NCBI GenBank assembly: GCA_964484755.1
Contig: CAZAGH010000002.1
Location: 24,783 to 88,782 of the forward strand
Direction of reading: 5' to 3'
DNA: 64,000 nucleotides
From: an uncultured Melioribacter sp.
Lineage (GTDB): Bacteria; Bacteroidota; Ignavibacteria; Kapaibacteriales; Kapaibacteriaceae
Numbering within the stretch: the stretch's first letter is position 1; every line of letters starts with the position of its first letter. The notes under the pieces are model-generated. The model was not told where the DNA came from and made no database searches. It saw nothing but the letters and a program-made list of their open reading frames with translations. Made by a program: the position numbers and the translations under genes. Positions 48,069 through 57,515 of the stretch are shown here, one piece after another.

Positions 48069-49096
48069 TGGGCAGAGAACTGCGAGAGTACACGGAAATC
48101 ATTGTCGTATAGGTGGCGTATATCATCAATGCCAGTGAGCATAAGAACAACTCGCTCGACTCCAAATCCAAAGGCAAATCCGCTATACTCCTCTGGATCT
48201 ATCCCGTTCGCACGTAGAACATTTGGATGCACCATGCCGGCACCACATATCTCTAGCCAACCAGAATGCTTACAGATTCGGCAACCTTCGCCCTTGCAGA
48301 GAAAGCATGACATATCTATCTCGCAGCTGGGCTCGGTAAATGGGAAATAGGATGTGCGGAATCGAAATTCTGCGTGCTCGTCATAAAACTTGCGGGCAAA
48401 AGCCATGATCGTCCCCTTGAGGTCGGCCATGCTGACGCCTTTATCGATATAAAGTCCCTCGATCTGATGAAACTCAGCTAAAGACCGTGCACTTACCGCT
48501 TCGTTGCGGTAGACACGACCCGGCATGATACATCGAATAGGGGGCTTCATAGACTCCATGACACGCACCTGCACACTGGATGTGTGGGTACGCAAGAGAA
48601 TATCCGCACGGTCGGCATGTTCAACAAAGAAGGTGTCCTGCATATCGCGCGCAGGATGATCAGACGCAAAATTCAATCGTCCAAAATTGTGTGCATCGTC
48701 TTCAACATCCGGACCTTCGGCAACTTCAAATCCCATTGCTGCGAAGATCCCAATCAATCGATCGATGGTCTGTGTGATCGGATGTATTGCACCAGTGCTT
48801 TCGTCGCGACCAGGTAGCGTAACATCTACACGCTCCACTCCTGCATTGCCTTCAAAGGACGCAAGCGACGTGTCGTAGGCTGTCTGCACGCGGTCTCGAA
48901 GCGTGTTGAGAAGCCTGCCAACCTCAGGTTTGTCTTCTTTGGGCACCGATCGAAGCTGCTCTACGAGCGCCTGCAAAGTACCCTTCTTTACTAAGTGTCG
49001 AAGCCTAAACGCCTCCACGTCATCACGTGATTGCAGAAGAGGAATCTCAACCTCGATCTGCGTGGCCAGCTGGAGTAGTTGTTCGCGAAGGTTCAT
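48065..49096 (-). CDS. pheS: phenylalanine--tRNA ligase alpha subunit PheS
   Basis: Class-II aaRS motifs (FRTSYFPFTEPS, GAGMVHPNV). It follows rplT, as in the usual operon order. Confidence 0.85.
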   Translation of the reverse strand: MNLREQLLQLATQIEVEIPLLQSRDDVEAFRLRHLVKKGTLQALVEQLRSVPKEDKPEVGRLLNTLRDRVQTAYDTSLASFEGNAGVERVDVTLPGRDESTGAIHPITQTIDRLIGIFAAMGFEVAEGPDVEDDAHNFGRLNFASDHPARDMQDTFFVEHADRADILLRTHTSSVQVRVMESMKPPIRCIMPGRVYRNEAVSARSLAEFHQIEGLYIDKGVSMADLKGTIMAFARKFYDEHAEFRFRTSYFPFTEPSCEIDMSCFLCKGEGCRICKHSGWLEICGAGMVHPNVLRANGIDPEEYSGFAFGFGVERVVLMLTGIDDIRHLYDNDFRVLSQFSAQ

Positions 49097-49183
49097 AGTG
49101 CAAATCTATGTATCAATAGCAACGGCGACAGCATCTTTCGTTGCTGTCGCCGTTGATCATGACGTCGAAGTTATGTGAACGGA

Positions 49184-49525
49184 TTACAGCGACTTTACGA
49201 TAGCTGTAAACACGTCTGGATGGTTCATTGCGATATTGGCAAGAACCTTGCGATTAACGGCAATGTTCTTCTGCTTCATACCGTGCATCATACGCGAGTA
49301 TGTAGTACCGTTAAGGCGTGCTGCCGCGTTGATACGCACGATCCAAAGCGAACGGAACGTACGCTTTTTGTTTCGGCGATCGCGGTATGCATACTGCAGA
49401 CCCTTTTCAACGTGGTGCTTGACGATTGTCCAAACTTTTGAACGGGCACCCCAGTAACCTTTGGCAAGCTTGTAATACTTACGCTTTCTCTGGTGTGCCG
49501 CTACTTTATTGACGCTGCGTGGCAT
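49184..49525 (-). CDS. rplT: 50S ribosomal protein L20
   Basis: [29 protein letters not shown]. 113 aa. Confidence 0.9.
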   Translation of the reverse strand: MPRSVNKVAAHQRKRKYYKLAKGYWGARSKVWTIVKHHVEKGLQYAYRDRRNKKRTFRSLWIVRINAAARLNGTTYSRMMHGMKQKNIAVNRKVLANIAMNHPDVFTAIVKSL

Positions 49526-49591
49526 GTCAACTCTCCCTTACTGTTTTGTCGGCAGGAGAACGGCGTGTCCCTGCCAGACGATGGAAAAAAA

Positions 49592-49789
49592 TTAGCGCAT
49601 TGCAAGGCAATGCAGCACGTTCGGCATGTTGGTTGGGTCAACCAACGTGTCCTGACGCAAGTTGCGCTTACGCTTGCGGCTCTTGCTTGTCAGAATGTGA
49701 CTGCGATTTGCCTTTTGGCGCTTGATGGCACCGCTACCGGTTACTTTGAACCGCTTCTTAGCGCCACTATTCGTCTTCATCTTTGGCAT
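49592..49789 (-). CDS. rpmI: 50S ribosomal protein L35
   Basis: [20 protein letters not shown]. 65 aa. Confidence 0.9.
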   Translation of the reverse strand: MPKMKTNSGAKKRFKVTGSGAIKRQKANRSHILTSKSRKRKRNLRQDTLVDPTNMPNVLHCLAMR

Positions 49790-49792
49790 TGT

Positions 49793-50437
49793 TTACTCCT
49801 TACTCTTTTCTGCCTGTTCTGATTCTAGAGCTGGTGTCTCCGATGTCTCGGAGGTTGTTTTCGTCTCTTTCTTCTTCACGATCTTCTTTGATTCCGGCGC
49901 TAACATGACACCAAGGAACCGGCCCTCCATCCGCATTGGCTGATCGACCTTCGAGATATCAGCCAGAGCATCGATGAACCTCTGCAACAAAACCTCACCG
50001 AGTTCTTTGTGCAGGATTTCCCGCCCCTTGAACATCACCGTAGCCTTAACCTTGTGGCCGTCTTCGAGAAACTCACGAGCATGACGTGTCTTGAAGTCAA
50101 AGTCGTGTGTGTCGGTTCCAGCCTTGAAGCGGACTTCTTTGAGCGTCGTTTGCGTTTGAGCCTTCTTCTGAAGCTTTTCACGCTTTTGCTGCTCATAGAC
50201 GAACTTACCGTAGTCGATGATCTTACACACTGGCGGATTCGCCTGTGGAGCGATCTCAACAAGATCAAGTTCTCGTTCTTGTGCGATTCGAAGTGCTTCG
50301 CGTCGAGGAAGAATCCCCAACGGCTGGCCTGTTGAATCGAGAACACGGAGCTCTGGAGCGCCGATTTCGTCGTTGATCTTGTGTTTACGCTGAGTCTCTT
50401 GTCGCGGACCTTGCGGCGGGATGTACGGACGCCTCAA
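49793..50437 (-). CDS. infC: translation initiation factor IF-3
   Basis: INDEIGAPELRVLDSTGQPLGILPRREALRIAQERELDLVEI and a Lys/Glu-rich C-terminal tail. The true start may be a non-AUG codon inside the track ORF. Confidence 0.85.
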   Translation of the reverse strand: MRRPYIPPQGPRQETQRKHKINDEIGAPELRVLDSTGQPLGILPRREALRIAQERELDLVEIAPQANPPVCKIIDYGKFVYEQQKREKLQKKAQTQTTLKEVRFKAGTDTHDFDFKTRHAREFLEDGHKVKATVMFKGREILHKELGEVLLQRFIDALADISKVDQPMRMEGRFLGVMLAPESKKIVKKKETKTTSETSETPALESEQAEKSKE

Positions 50438-50577
50438 ACAGACCTTCGGTTATTGTGAATGTAGATGTTAGCAAAGAACGCAAATATAGGTGTTTAATGT
50501 GCTTAGGTGCAAACCGAGCGTCTGCGAAAACAACAATGTGTTGTAATTTTCGGGTCCTTTAAACGTCAGCTAGGCAC

Positions 50578-53079
50578 ATGAACGACCACTCAGAAGTCCT
50601 CGATTCGATCGAACAGGCGGAAAAGCGCACTCCGGCAACCCCAGAGAAGATTCCTGTTCTCCCCCTACGTGACATCGTCATCTACCCTCATATGATCTTT
50701 CCCGTCCTGATCGGACGGGCCTCCTCACTGAAAGCCGTGGCTGAGGCCCTTGAGCGGGAAAAATTCATCCTCGTCGTTTCGCAGAAGCAAGCCACAACGG
50801 ACGATGCAGGATTCTCCGACATTTACGAAGTAGGCACCGTTGCCAAGATTCTGCAGGTCATGAGGCTGCCGAACAACCTACTTAAAGTCCTCGTAGAGGG
50901 GGCTGTTCCAGCCCGTATTGTTGGACACGAGCAGACCACACCGTTTCTTGAAGCACGGATCGAGCCAGTTTCGCATACGTATGACGAGGAAGACCGCAGC
51001 CTTATGGCGCTGATTCGTCATGCTACGGAGCTTTTCGAGGAGTACGTCAAGGACAATCGAAATCTGCCACCCGAGGTTTTAGGTGCGTTTCAGAATCTTG
51101 AAGACCCCCATCGCAAACTCTATTACGCAGCAGCAAACATTTCGCAAAAGGTTGATGCCAAACAACGTATCCTTGATGCTACCACGCTAAAGGATCAGTA
51201 TTACGAGCTTGTTCAGCTTTTGACAAATGAGCTCGAGCTACTCAAACTTGAAGTCGAGATAGACTCAAAGGTTCACGACCAGATACAGAAGTCACAAAGG
51301 AAATACTTCATCCAGGAGCAGATCCGTGCCTTGCAAACAGAGCTGGGCGAGGAAGATGACGGTGGGCCGGAACTCTCCTCGCTAAAGGAGTTGCTTGACA
51401 AGGCTGGGCTGCCTGAATCGGTCAAAACAAAGGTCCACGAGGAGTTCGACAGGCTTAAACGCACGCCTTCGATGTCTCCAGAGTTTGGCGTCAATAGGAC
51501 ATGGCTCGAATGGATCGCCAACGTTCCTTGGTCGGCAAAGACCGACGACAATCTTCAGATAAAACACGTGAAGAAGATCCTTGATGAGGATCACTATGAC
51601 CTGGAAAAGCCGAAGCAGCGCATCCTGGAATACATTTCCGTGCTCAATCTTGTGGGTTCAATGCGCGGGCAGATCCTCTGCCTGACTGGACCTCCGGGAG
51701 TTGGCAAGACCTCTCTTGCAAAGTCCATCGCTCGTGCACTCGGTCGCAACTTTGTTCGGCTTTCACTGGGTGGTGTGCGCGACGAAGCGGAGATTCGAGG
51801 ACACCGCCGCACTTACATCGGAGCAATGCCTGGTAAGATCATTCAAGCAATGAAGCGTGCCGGAAGCACAAACCCTGTCATTCTACTTGACGAAATCGAT
51901 AAGATGTCGATGGATTTTCGTGGAGATCCAAGTGCTGCGTTGCTCGAAGTGCTCGATCCAGAGCAGAACAGCACGTTCAACGACCACTATCTGGAAGTTG
52001 ATTACGATTTGTCCAATGTTCTGTTCATCGCTACTGCGAATGTTAAGTACAATATCCCGGGGCCATTACTCGATCGCCTAGAGGTTATCGAACTATCCAG
52101 CTACCTCGAACCAGACAAGGTGCAGATCGCGAAGAAGTATATCGTACCGAAGCTCACAGAAAAGCACGGTCTTACCGATTTTTCGATCACGTTCCCCGAC
52201 GCTGCCCTCTTGAAGCTGGTTAGGGAATACACACGTGAGGCAGGTGTGCGGAATCTCGAGCGCGAGATTGCCAGCATCCTGCGCAAGGTCGCAATGGAGG
52301 TGGTCAGCGATGTTGGTAAGAAGTCAGGCAGCAAGTCACTGTCAGATGTAAAGTCAACTGCCGCCTACAAGACTTTGGCCAAAAAGAAGACGTGGACAAT
52401 TGACGAAAAGACGATCGAGCGGCTTCTGCGAGCACCGAAGTTCAAAGTCAAAGCTGAAGAACTGTCAGACAAAGTCGGTGTGGCTGTCGGACTTGCATGG
52501 ACATCTCTCGGAGGCGATACCCTCCCCGTTGAGGTCACCTTCATGCCAGGCCCTGAACGTCTGACGCTTACAGGTAAGCTTGGAGATGTTATGAAAGAGT
52601 CTGCCATGGCGGCTCTGTCATTCCTTCGCAGTGCTCACGAACAATTCGGCCTTGAGCAGAACTTTGCCAAAGACAGGCAAATCCACGTGCACGTTCCAGA
52701 GGGGGCAATCCCCAAGGATGGGCCGTCGGCTGGCATCACAATCTCGCTAGCATTGCTTTCAGCAGCTTCTGGTCGTCCGCTCCGTGGCGACGTAGCAATG
52801 ACAGGCGAAGTAACTCTGCGCGGGAACGTCCTGGCTATCGGCGGGCTAAACGAAAAGCTGCTTGCTGCAAAGAGAGCAGGAATGACAACCGTGCTTGTTC
52901 CGAAGGACAACAAACGGGACGTACTTGAATTGCAGCCGGCTGTTACCGAGGGGTTAACGATCGTGTATGTGGGTCATGTGTCTGAGGCCATTAAGATCGC
53001 TTTTCGTTCAACGACCGCAGCAAAACGTGCTTCGTCAAAGTCAAAGGCCCCTGCAAAGACCAGCATCAAAAAACGCTAA
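50578..53079 (+). CDS. lon: ATP-dependent Lon protease
   Basis: LON N-domain, AAA+ module (GPPGVGKTS, Walker B ILLDEIDK) and the S16 protease domain with catalytic Ser (DGPSAGIT). 833 aa. Confidence 0.9.
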   Translation: MNDHSEVLDSIEQAEKRTPATPEKIPVLPLRDIVIYPHMIFPVLIGRASSLKAVAEALEREKFILVVSQKQATTDDAGFSDIYEVGTVAKILQVMRLPNNLLKVLVEGAVPARIVGHEQTTPFLEARIEPVSHTYDEEDRSLMALIRHATELFEEYVKDNRNLPPEVLGAFQNLEDPHRKLYYAAANISQKVDAKQRILDATTLKDQYYELVQLLTNELELLKLEVEIDSKVHDQIQKSQRKYFIQEQIRALQTELGEEDDGGPELSSLKELLDKAGLPESVKTKVHEEFDRLKRTPSMSPEFGVNRTWLEWIANVPWSAKTDDNLQIKHVKKILDEDHYDLEKPKQRILEYISVLNLVGSMRGQILCLTGPPGVGKTSLAKSIARALGRNFVRLSLGGVRDEAEIRGHRRTYIGAMPGKIIQAMKRAGSTNPVILLDEIDKMSMDFRGDPSAALLEVLDPEQNSTFNDHYLEVDYDLSNVLFIATANVKYNIPGPLLDRLEVIELSSYLEPDKVQIAKKYIVPKLTEKHGLTDFSITFPDAALLKLVREYTREAGVRNLEREIASILRKVAMEVVSDVGKKSGSKSLSDVKSTAAYKTLAKKKTWTIDEKTIERLLRAPKFKVKAEELSDKVGVAVGLAWTSLGGDTLPVEVTFMPGPERLTLTGKLGDVMKESAMAALSFLRSAHEQFGLEQNFAKDRQIHVHVPEGAIPKDGPSAGITISLALLSAASGRPLRGDVAMTGEVTLRGNVLAIGGLNEKLLAAKRAGMTTVLVPKDNKRDVLELQPAVTEGLTIVYVGHVSEAIKIAFRSTTAAKRASSKSKAPAKTSIKKR

Positions 53080-53138
53080 CTATTTGGAAATAGTACTCTA
53101 GCCCGTATATTTGCGAGCTATAACCGAAGGAGAAAACA

Positions 53139-53318
53139 ATGGCAAAGAAGGGCGCACGCGTCATCATTACGCTCGAGTGCACTGAAGCGAAGAAGGAAGG
53201 TAAGCCAGCTTCGCGCTATACAACTATGAAGAACAAGCAGAACACAACGGAGCGTCTTGAGATCAAGAAGTACAATCCGTTCCTCAAGCGTCATACTGTG
53301 CACCGCGAAGTGCGCTAA
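53139..53318 (+). CDS. rpmG: 50S ribosomal protein L33 (not in the ORF track; below its length cut-off)
   Basis: Translates to [59 protein letters not shown] (59 aa). An AAGGAG RBS lies 8 nt upstream. Confidence 0.8.
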   Translation: MAKKGARVIITLECTEAKKEGKPASRYTTMKNKQNTTERLEIKKYNPFLKRHTVHREVR

Positions 53319-53346
53319 TCGGCGTCTGTTTTAGCTCGAATACTAC

Positions 53347-53376
53347 AAAGCCCCTTTTTTGAAGGGGCTTTTTTCG
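53347..53376. terminator. bidirectional rho-independent terminator between rpmG (+) and the mazG-like gene (-)
   Basis: AAAGCCCCTTTTTTGAAGGGGCTTTTTT. The GC stem is flanked by A-runs on one side and T-runs on the other. Confidence 0.7.
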
Positions 53377-53381
53377 TTTCT

Positions 53382-53705
53382 CTAAGGTTTTGAGTGGGGT
53401 ATTCGACGCAGCTTATCCACGACTGCACTCGTAAGGTCTATGCCGCGTGCGTTGGCAAAGTTCATCAGCGAGATCAACACGTCTGCTGCTTCATCTGCCG
53501 TTGCAGCATCGGCTATCTGCTGGCCACGCCAGCGCTTCTTCTCCAAATTAGCAAGCTCCCCTGCCTCGCCGCAGAGTTCGAGTGCAAAGAACTCGGGCGG
53601 ACGTGCAATGAAGAACTCGTTCTGGTAAATATCAAACGCACGCTGAATGTTTGAGAGGCCATCCTCAATGCGCTCGACTAGATGTTGTCCTGAGGCCGAA
53701 GTCAT
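53382..53705 (-). CDS. MazG-like nucleotide pyrophosphohydrolase domain protein
   Basis: 107 aa. ELCGEAGELANL ... ADEAADVLISL is the EExxE/D metal-binding helix pair of the all-alpha NTP-PPase fold. Confidence 0.55.
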   Translation of the reverse strand: MTSASGQHLVERIEDGLSNIQRAFDIYQNEFFIARPPEFFALELCGEAGELANLEKKRWRGQQIADAATADEAADVLISLMNFANARGIDLTSAVVDKLRRIPHSKP

Positions 53706-54418
53706 GAAATCCCCTCCTCTGTTTCCAAATCACCAGGACCGTGTTCGCGTATCCTGTACCCTACGCCACGAATCGAATGGATCATCTGGCCTTGACCAGC
53801 CTTCTCAATCTTTTGTCGTATCCGCTTGATGTAGACGTCGATGATGTTTGACTCGGGGTCGAAGTTATGCTTCCAAACGTGCTGCATGATCATCGAGCGC
53901 GACAAAATGCGGTCTTTGTTGCGCATCAGATACTCTAGCAGCGCATACTCTTTTGTTGTCAGCTCGATCTCGCGTTCTCCTCGATAGGCAAAATGTGTCA
54001 CCAAGTCTAGGGTGAGATCACCACATTGGAGCTTTGTCGTCTTTTCCGTTGTGGACCTGCGCAGTATGGATCGAAGCCTCGCTGCTAGTTCCTCAAAATG
54101 GAATGGTTTTGCGAGGTAATCATCGGCACCAAGATCCAAGCCCTGTACTCTGTCTTCGGTTGAACTGCGGGCCGTCAGCATGATAACAGGAACTGAATTT
54201 CCATCGTCTCGCAGTCTACGCAAAACCGAGTATCCATCAAGCTTGGGAAGCATCACATCGAGCACAATAGCATCAAAGAGATTGTTGCGGGCCAGCAGAA
54301 GCCCCTCTTCTCCATCTGATGCTGTCTCTACGATGTAGCGCTCCTCTTCCAGACCTCGCTTGATAAAGCTGGCGACTTTGCGCTCGTCTTCTATGACAAG
54401 TATTCTCATACCTCGCAA
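53702..54418 (-). CDS. OmpR-family DNA-binding response regulator (orphan; no adjacent kinase)
   Basis: Receiver domain (MRILVIEDE ... DAIVLDVMLPKLDG) plus a winged-helix trans_reg_C domain. 238 aa. Confidence 0.8.
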   Translation of the reverse strand: MRGMRILVIEDERKVASFIKRGLEEERYIVETASDGEEGLLLARNNLFDAIVLDVMLPKLDGYSVLRRLRDDGNSVPVIMLTARSSTEDRVQGLDLGADDYLAKPFHFEELAARLRSILRRSTTEKTTKLQCGDLTLDLVTHFAYRGEREIELTTKEYALLEYLMRNKDRILSRSMIMQHVWKHNFDPESNIIDVYIKRIRQKIEKAGQGQMIHSIRGVGYRIREHGPGDLETEEGIS

Positions 54419-54445
54419 AATACGACGCGACGTATCTTCGCGGCT

Positions 54446-55579
54446 ATGCTATGGGAACGTATTATCGGACAACAGCACCTGCAAGAGATGCTTCAACAGA
54501 GTATCATCGGTGCCAGGATTCCACAGGCTCTTTTATTGAGTGGGTCGCGCGGAAGGGGCTCGCTTGCTCTGGCAATTGAGTTTGCTAAGACCCTGAACTG
54601 CTTTACTCCCGTACGAACCCAATTCTCGGTTGCCCCATGCGGTACATGTCAGTCATGTGCGCAGGCCAGATCACTTCAGCATCCAAACATCACGATCGTA
54701 ACGGCACTGCCTGCTGGCAAGGTTGAGCAGGAGTCAGATTTCAAGGAAGACGTTCTTGAAGAAATGCGCGAGCAGATCGCTGAGATCGCTGCCGACCCAT
54801 ACACAACGTTCAAGGTGTCGAATGCGAACGTTATTCGCATCTGGCAGATTCGCGAACTCAATCGCTCAATGGCACTATCGACGCTTCAGCAAGGACGACG
54901 TATTGTCATTATTGTTGACGCCGAAAACATGAATACCGAGGCTGCCAATGCCTTCTTAAAGACGCTTGAAGAGCCTCATCAGGGGGTCAGTATCATCCTT
55001 ACCTCGTCACAACCAGAGCGACTTCTTCAGACAATCGTTTCTCGTTGCCAAGAGCTTGTTGTTCCGCCACTCGATGATGATTCAATCATTGAAGAGCTCC
55101 TCCGCCGAGGTGAATGCACGACACATGAAGCGCAGATCATTGCAGCATGCGCAGATGGCGATATGTCGGCAGCGTTAGAGTTTATTCACGAGGATGTACA
55201 AGAGATTCGTTCCGATGTGATATCGATGCTGCGAGGTGCCTTACGAGGACGAGACCATCGCCTTGGAATAGCTGATGCTGCAGAGTCTGTTGCAGAACAC
55301 CGCGACAAGGCGCGCGCCCTTACCTATCTTCGCTTCATGTCTGTCTGGTTGCGAGACACCCACGTGATTGCGCAGACTGGCTCTGCGTCAATGATCACCA
55401 ACAAAGACCTTGAAGAGACCCTGATCAAGTTTGCATCAGCGTTTGGTCAGGCTGACCTTGATCGCGCGCTGCGTTGCATTGACCGGGCAGCCTATGACGT
55501 CTCACATCATGTCTCGATCAATCTTACCCTAACGACGCTGCTCATGGAGCTTCGCTCAATCCTCGGTCAACGTCGCTAG
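54446..55579 (+). CDS. holB: DNA polymerase III delta' subunit HolB
   Basis: An AAA+ clamp-loader N-domain with the Zn module CGTCQSCAQ follows IIGQQHLQEMLQQSI. 377 aa. Confidence 0.7.
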   Translation: MLWERIIGQQHLQEMLQQSIIGARIPQALLLSGSRGRGSLALAIEFAKTLNCFTPVRTQFSVAPCGTCQSCAQARSLQHPNITIVTALPAGKVEQESDFKEDVLEEMREQIAEIAADPYTTFKVSNANVIRIWQIRELNRSMALSTLQQGRRIVIIVDAENMNTEAANAFLKTLEEPHQGVSIILTSSQPERLLQTIVSRCQELVVPPLDDDSIIEELLRRGECTTHEAQIIAACADGDMSAALEFIHEDVQEIRSDVISMLRGALRGRDHRLGIADAAESVAEHRDKARALTYLRFMSVWLRDTHVIAQTGSASMITNKDLEETLIKFASAFGQADLDRALRCIDRAAYDVSHHVSINLTLTTLLMELRSILGQRR

Positions 55580-57515
55580 GCCTATTGCGAGAGGTTCGCA
55601 ACAAAACAGGCAACACGCAGCAAGATTCTGCCGAAACGCTGACACGTATTTCATCAGGCTTGACAACTACGCCGGCCACTACTGCTGCATCGACGACAAT
55701 TGATCGCGAAATGGATACTTCCTCGTCATCTGTTGAATGATTCAAGCAAACCAGAATTGCACGGCGCGAGCGTTGCGGCCTGCGCACGTACCCAATGACG
55801 CCCACAGGCAGTCCATCAAGCATTACAACGTCATCGTCGTGCTGAAGTAGGCTAATGATCTGCCAAGACGATTCCCAGCGCAGACGATGCTGCAGACGAG
55901 CAAGAACGCTACTCGAAGCCATCCACGGCAGCGGTACATCGTCGAAAAGCGGCAGTCCGTGCTGTCGGAAGTACTCCATCTCCTCTGCCTGAAAATCTAG
56001 CCCGGTGTTGATGGGACAGGTCTCTCCAAGCTCAAAGCCTGCAACAACATATGGCAGTGCTTTGGGGAGCAGTGAAAGGAACCACCAAGCTGCAAATGAC
56101 GCACTGTCTGTATATGTTGATGCGATTCGTGGAGTGTTGTGCGAATCGACAGCGCCGAAGTACGAAATAGGTACGTCGTGAGTTGAACACCTCTGGGCGA
56201 ATTCAGCTAGACCCTTACTTGATCGTGATACGTGTGGCAGGTAACCAATTACGGCATCAACACCCTGCTCTGCAAGCTTGCTATCGAGTTCAAAACACTC
56301 CTCATAGATCGTAAAACCGGGACAATGTTCACGTGCTCGCTGGAGGATCTCATGACGCAGTGCAAGGGGCAGTGCATGCCCCATATCGATCATTGCACCA
56401 TCAATTCCCAATGTGCGCTGATAATGCGGTATGATCTGTGACAATAGGTTCCAAAGATCTCGTTGCATGCACTCCTCATGCTCGAGTCGTTCGTCGAACA
56501 TGCGCAGCGTGTTGTATGCAGGGTACAAGAATTCTGCGTGTTGATGCAGCCGCAGGTACGTTACGTCCGACCACGCTGGTTGTGGATCATCTGGCGGCCA
56601 ATCAGCAAAGGCGCCAGGTAGGCGCACAACATACCCGTCGGCGTCCACTCCTGACCAGCCTTGATGGTCCAGCAAAACTTCTGCAGGTGGCTGAGAGAAC
56701 ATGCTCCTGTATTCAGGGTCTGGCTCGGGTAATCGGACACGATCACCAGAATTGATCCTTGTATGGATCTCCTCAAGCACTGGCGCAGAGAACGCAGGGG
56801 CACGAAGAGATGCGTTGGCAAGGACATGTTGCTTTACCCAGTAGAACCAATGCGGTGCGTGTGAAACGAGATCAGAGTCGAGACTCGCTGTTCGAAGCAC
56901 TACCTCGAAAACGACGGAGATTCCAGCAAGATGAAGGGCCTCGATCATAGCCTTAGCCTGCTGCTCGGTCGTCATTGCAAGACAAGGCTCTGCCAGGTCA
57001 TCGTCGAGAGCAAATGGATTGCGCACCGCATACGGTGAGCCGATACTTCCTTTTCTTCCGATGCTTCCTCGGGCGAAGACAGGTAGCAGAACAACCTGTG
57101 TTACTCCCATCGAGCGTAAGTGCGGAATCAATGCTAGAAACTTGGTGAATGTGCCCGTCGATCGCCAGCGATCACTTCCGCCGCTGCCCCTTGATTCATC
57201 ACTATGATCAAACGATGTAATGTGACGGAGAAGAGCGTTATACACAAGTGGCCTTGCTGGTCGGACTGATGGCAGCGATCGAATAGCGTGAATCTGCCCT
57301 AAAAGAAACTCTGTACCAGACCCCACGACGACTTCGCCTTCTCTACCTAGCCAACGACCTGGCACCCGATACGGAACATCATCCGATGCATGCATCTGTT
57401 GCAACAAGTCATGCAGACGATCAAGATTGGGCGTCTTCATCGGACACATTCGCAGTAAGGTGACCACGGACCTTAGCGGCCATAGAGACTCCAACCAGCG
57501 CTGCAATAGACTCAA
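55542..57515 (-). CDS. alpha-amylase (GH13) family protein
   Basis: GH13 conserved regions are recognisable: GIDGAMIDMGHAL (region II, catalytic Asp), FTIYEECFE (region III Glu), AVDSHNTP (region IV). The start is uncertain; the track start overlaps uvrC. Confidence 0.5.
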   Translation of the reverse strand: MSLLQRWLESLWPLRSVVTLLRMCPMKTPNLDRLHDLLQQMHASDDVPYRVPGRWLGREGEVVVGSGTEFLLGQIHAIRSLPSVRPARPLVYNALLRHITSFDHSDESRGSGGSDRWRSTGTFTKFLALIPHLRSMGVTQVVLLPVFARGSIGRKGSIGSPYAVRNPFALDDDLAEPCLAMTTEQQAKAMIEALHLAGISVVFEVVLRTASLDSDLVSHAPHWFYWVKQHVLANASLRAPAFSAPVLEEIHTRINSGDRVRLPEPDPEYRSMFSQPPAEVLLDHQGWSGVDADGYVVRLPGAFADWPPDDPQPAWSDVTYLRLHQHAEFLYPAYNTLRMFDERLEHEECMQRDLWNLLSQIIPHYQRTLGIDGAMIDMGHALPLALRHEILQRAREHCPGFTIYEECFELDSKLAEQGVDAVIGYLPHVSRSSKGLAEFAQRCSTHDVPISYFGAVDSHNTPRIASTYTDSASFAAWWFLSLLPKALPYVVAGFELGETCPINTGLDFQAEEMEYFRQHGLPLFDDVPLPWMASSSVLARLQHRLRWESSWQIISLLQHDDDVVMLDGLPVGVIGYVRRPQRSRRAILVCLNHSTDDEEVSISRSIVVDAAVVAGVVVKPDEIRVSVSAESCCVLPVLLRTSRNRPSDVDRGLSEAP

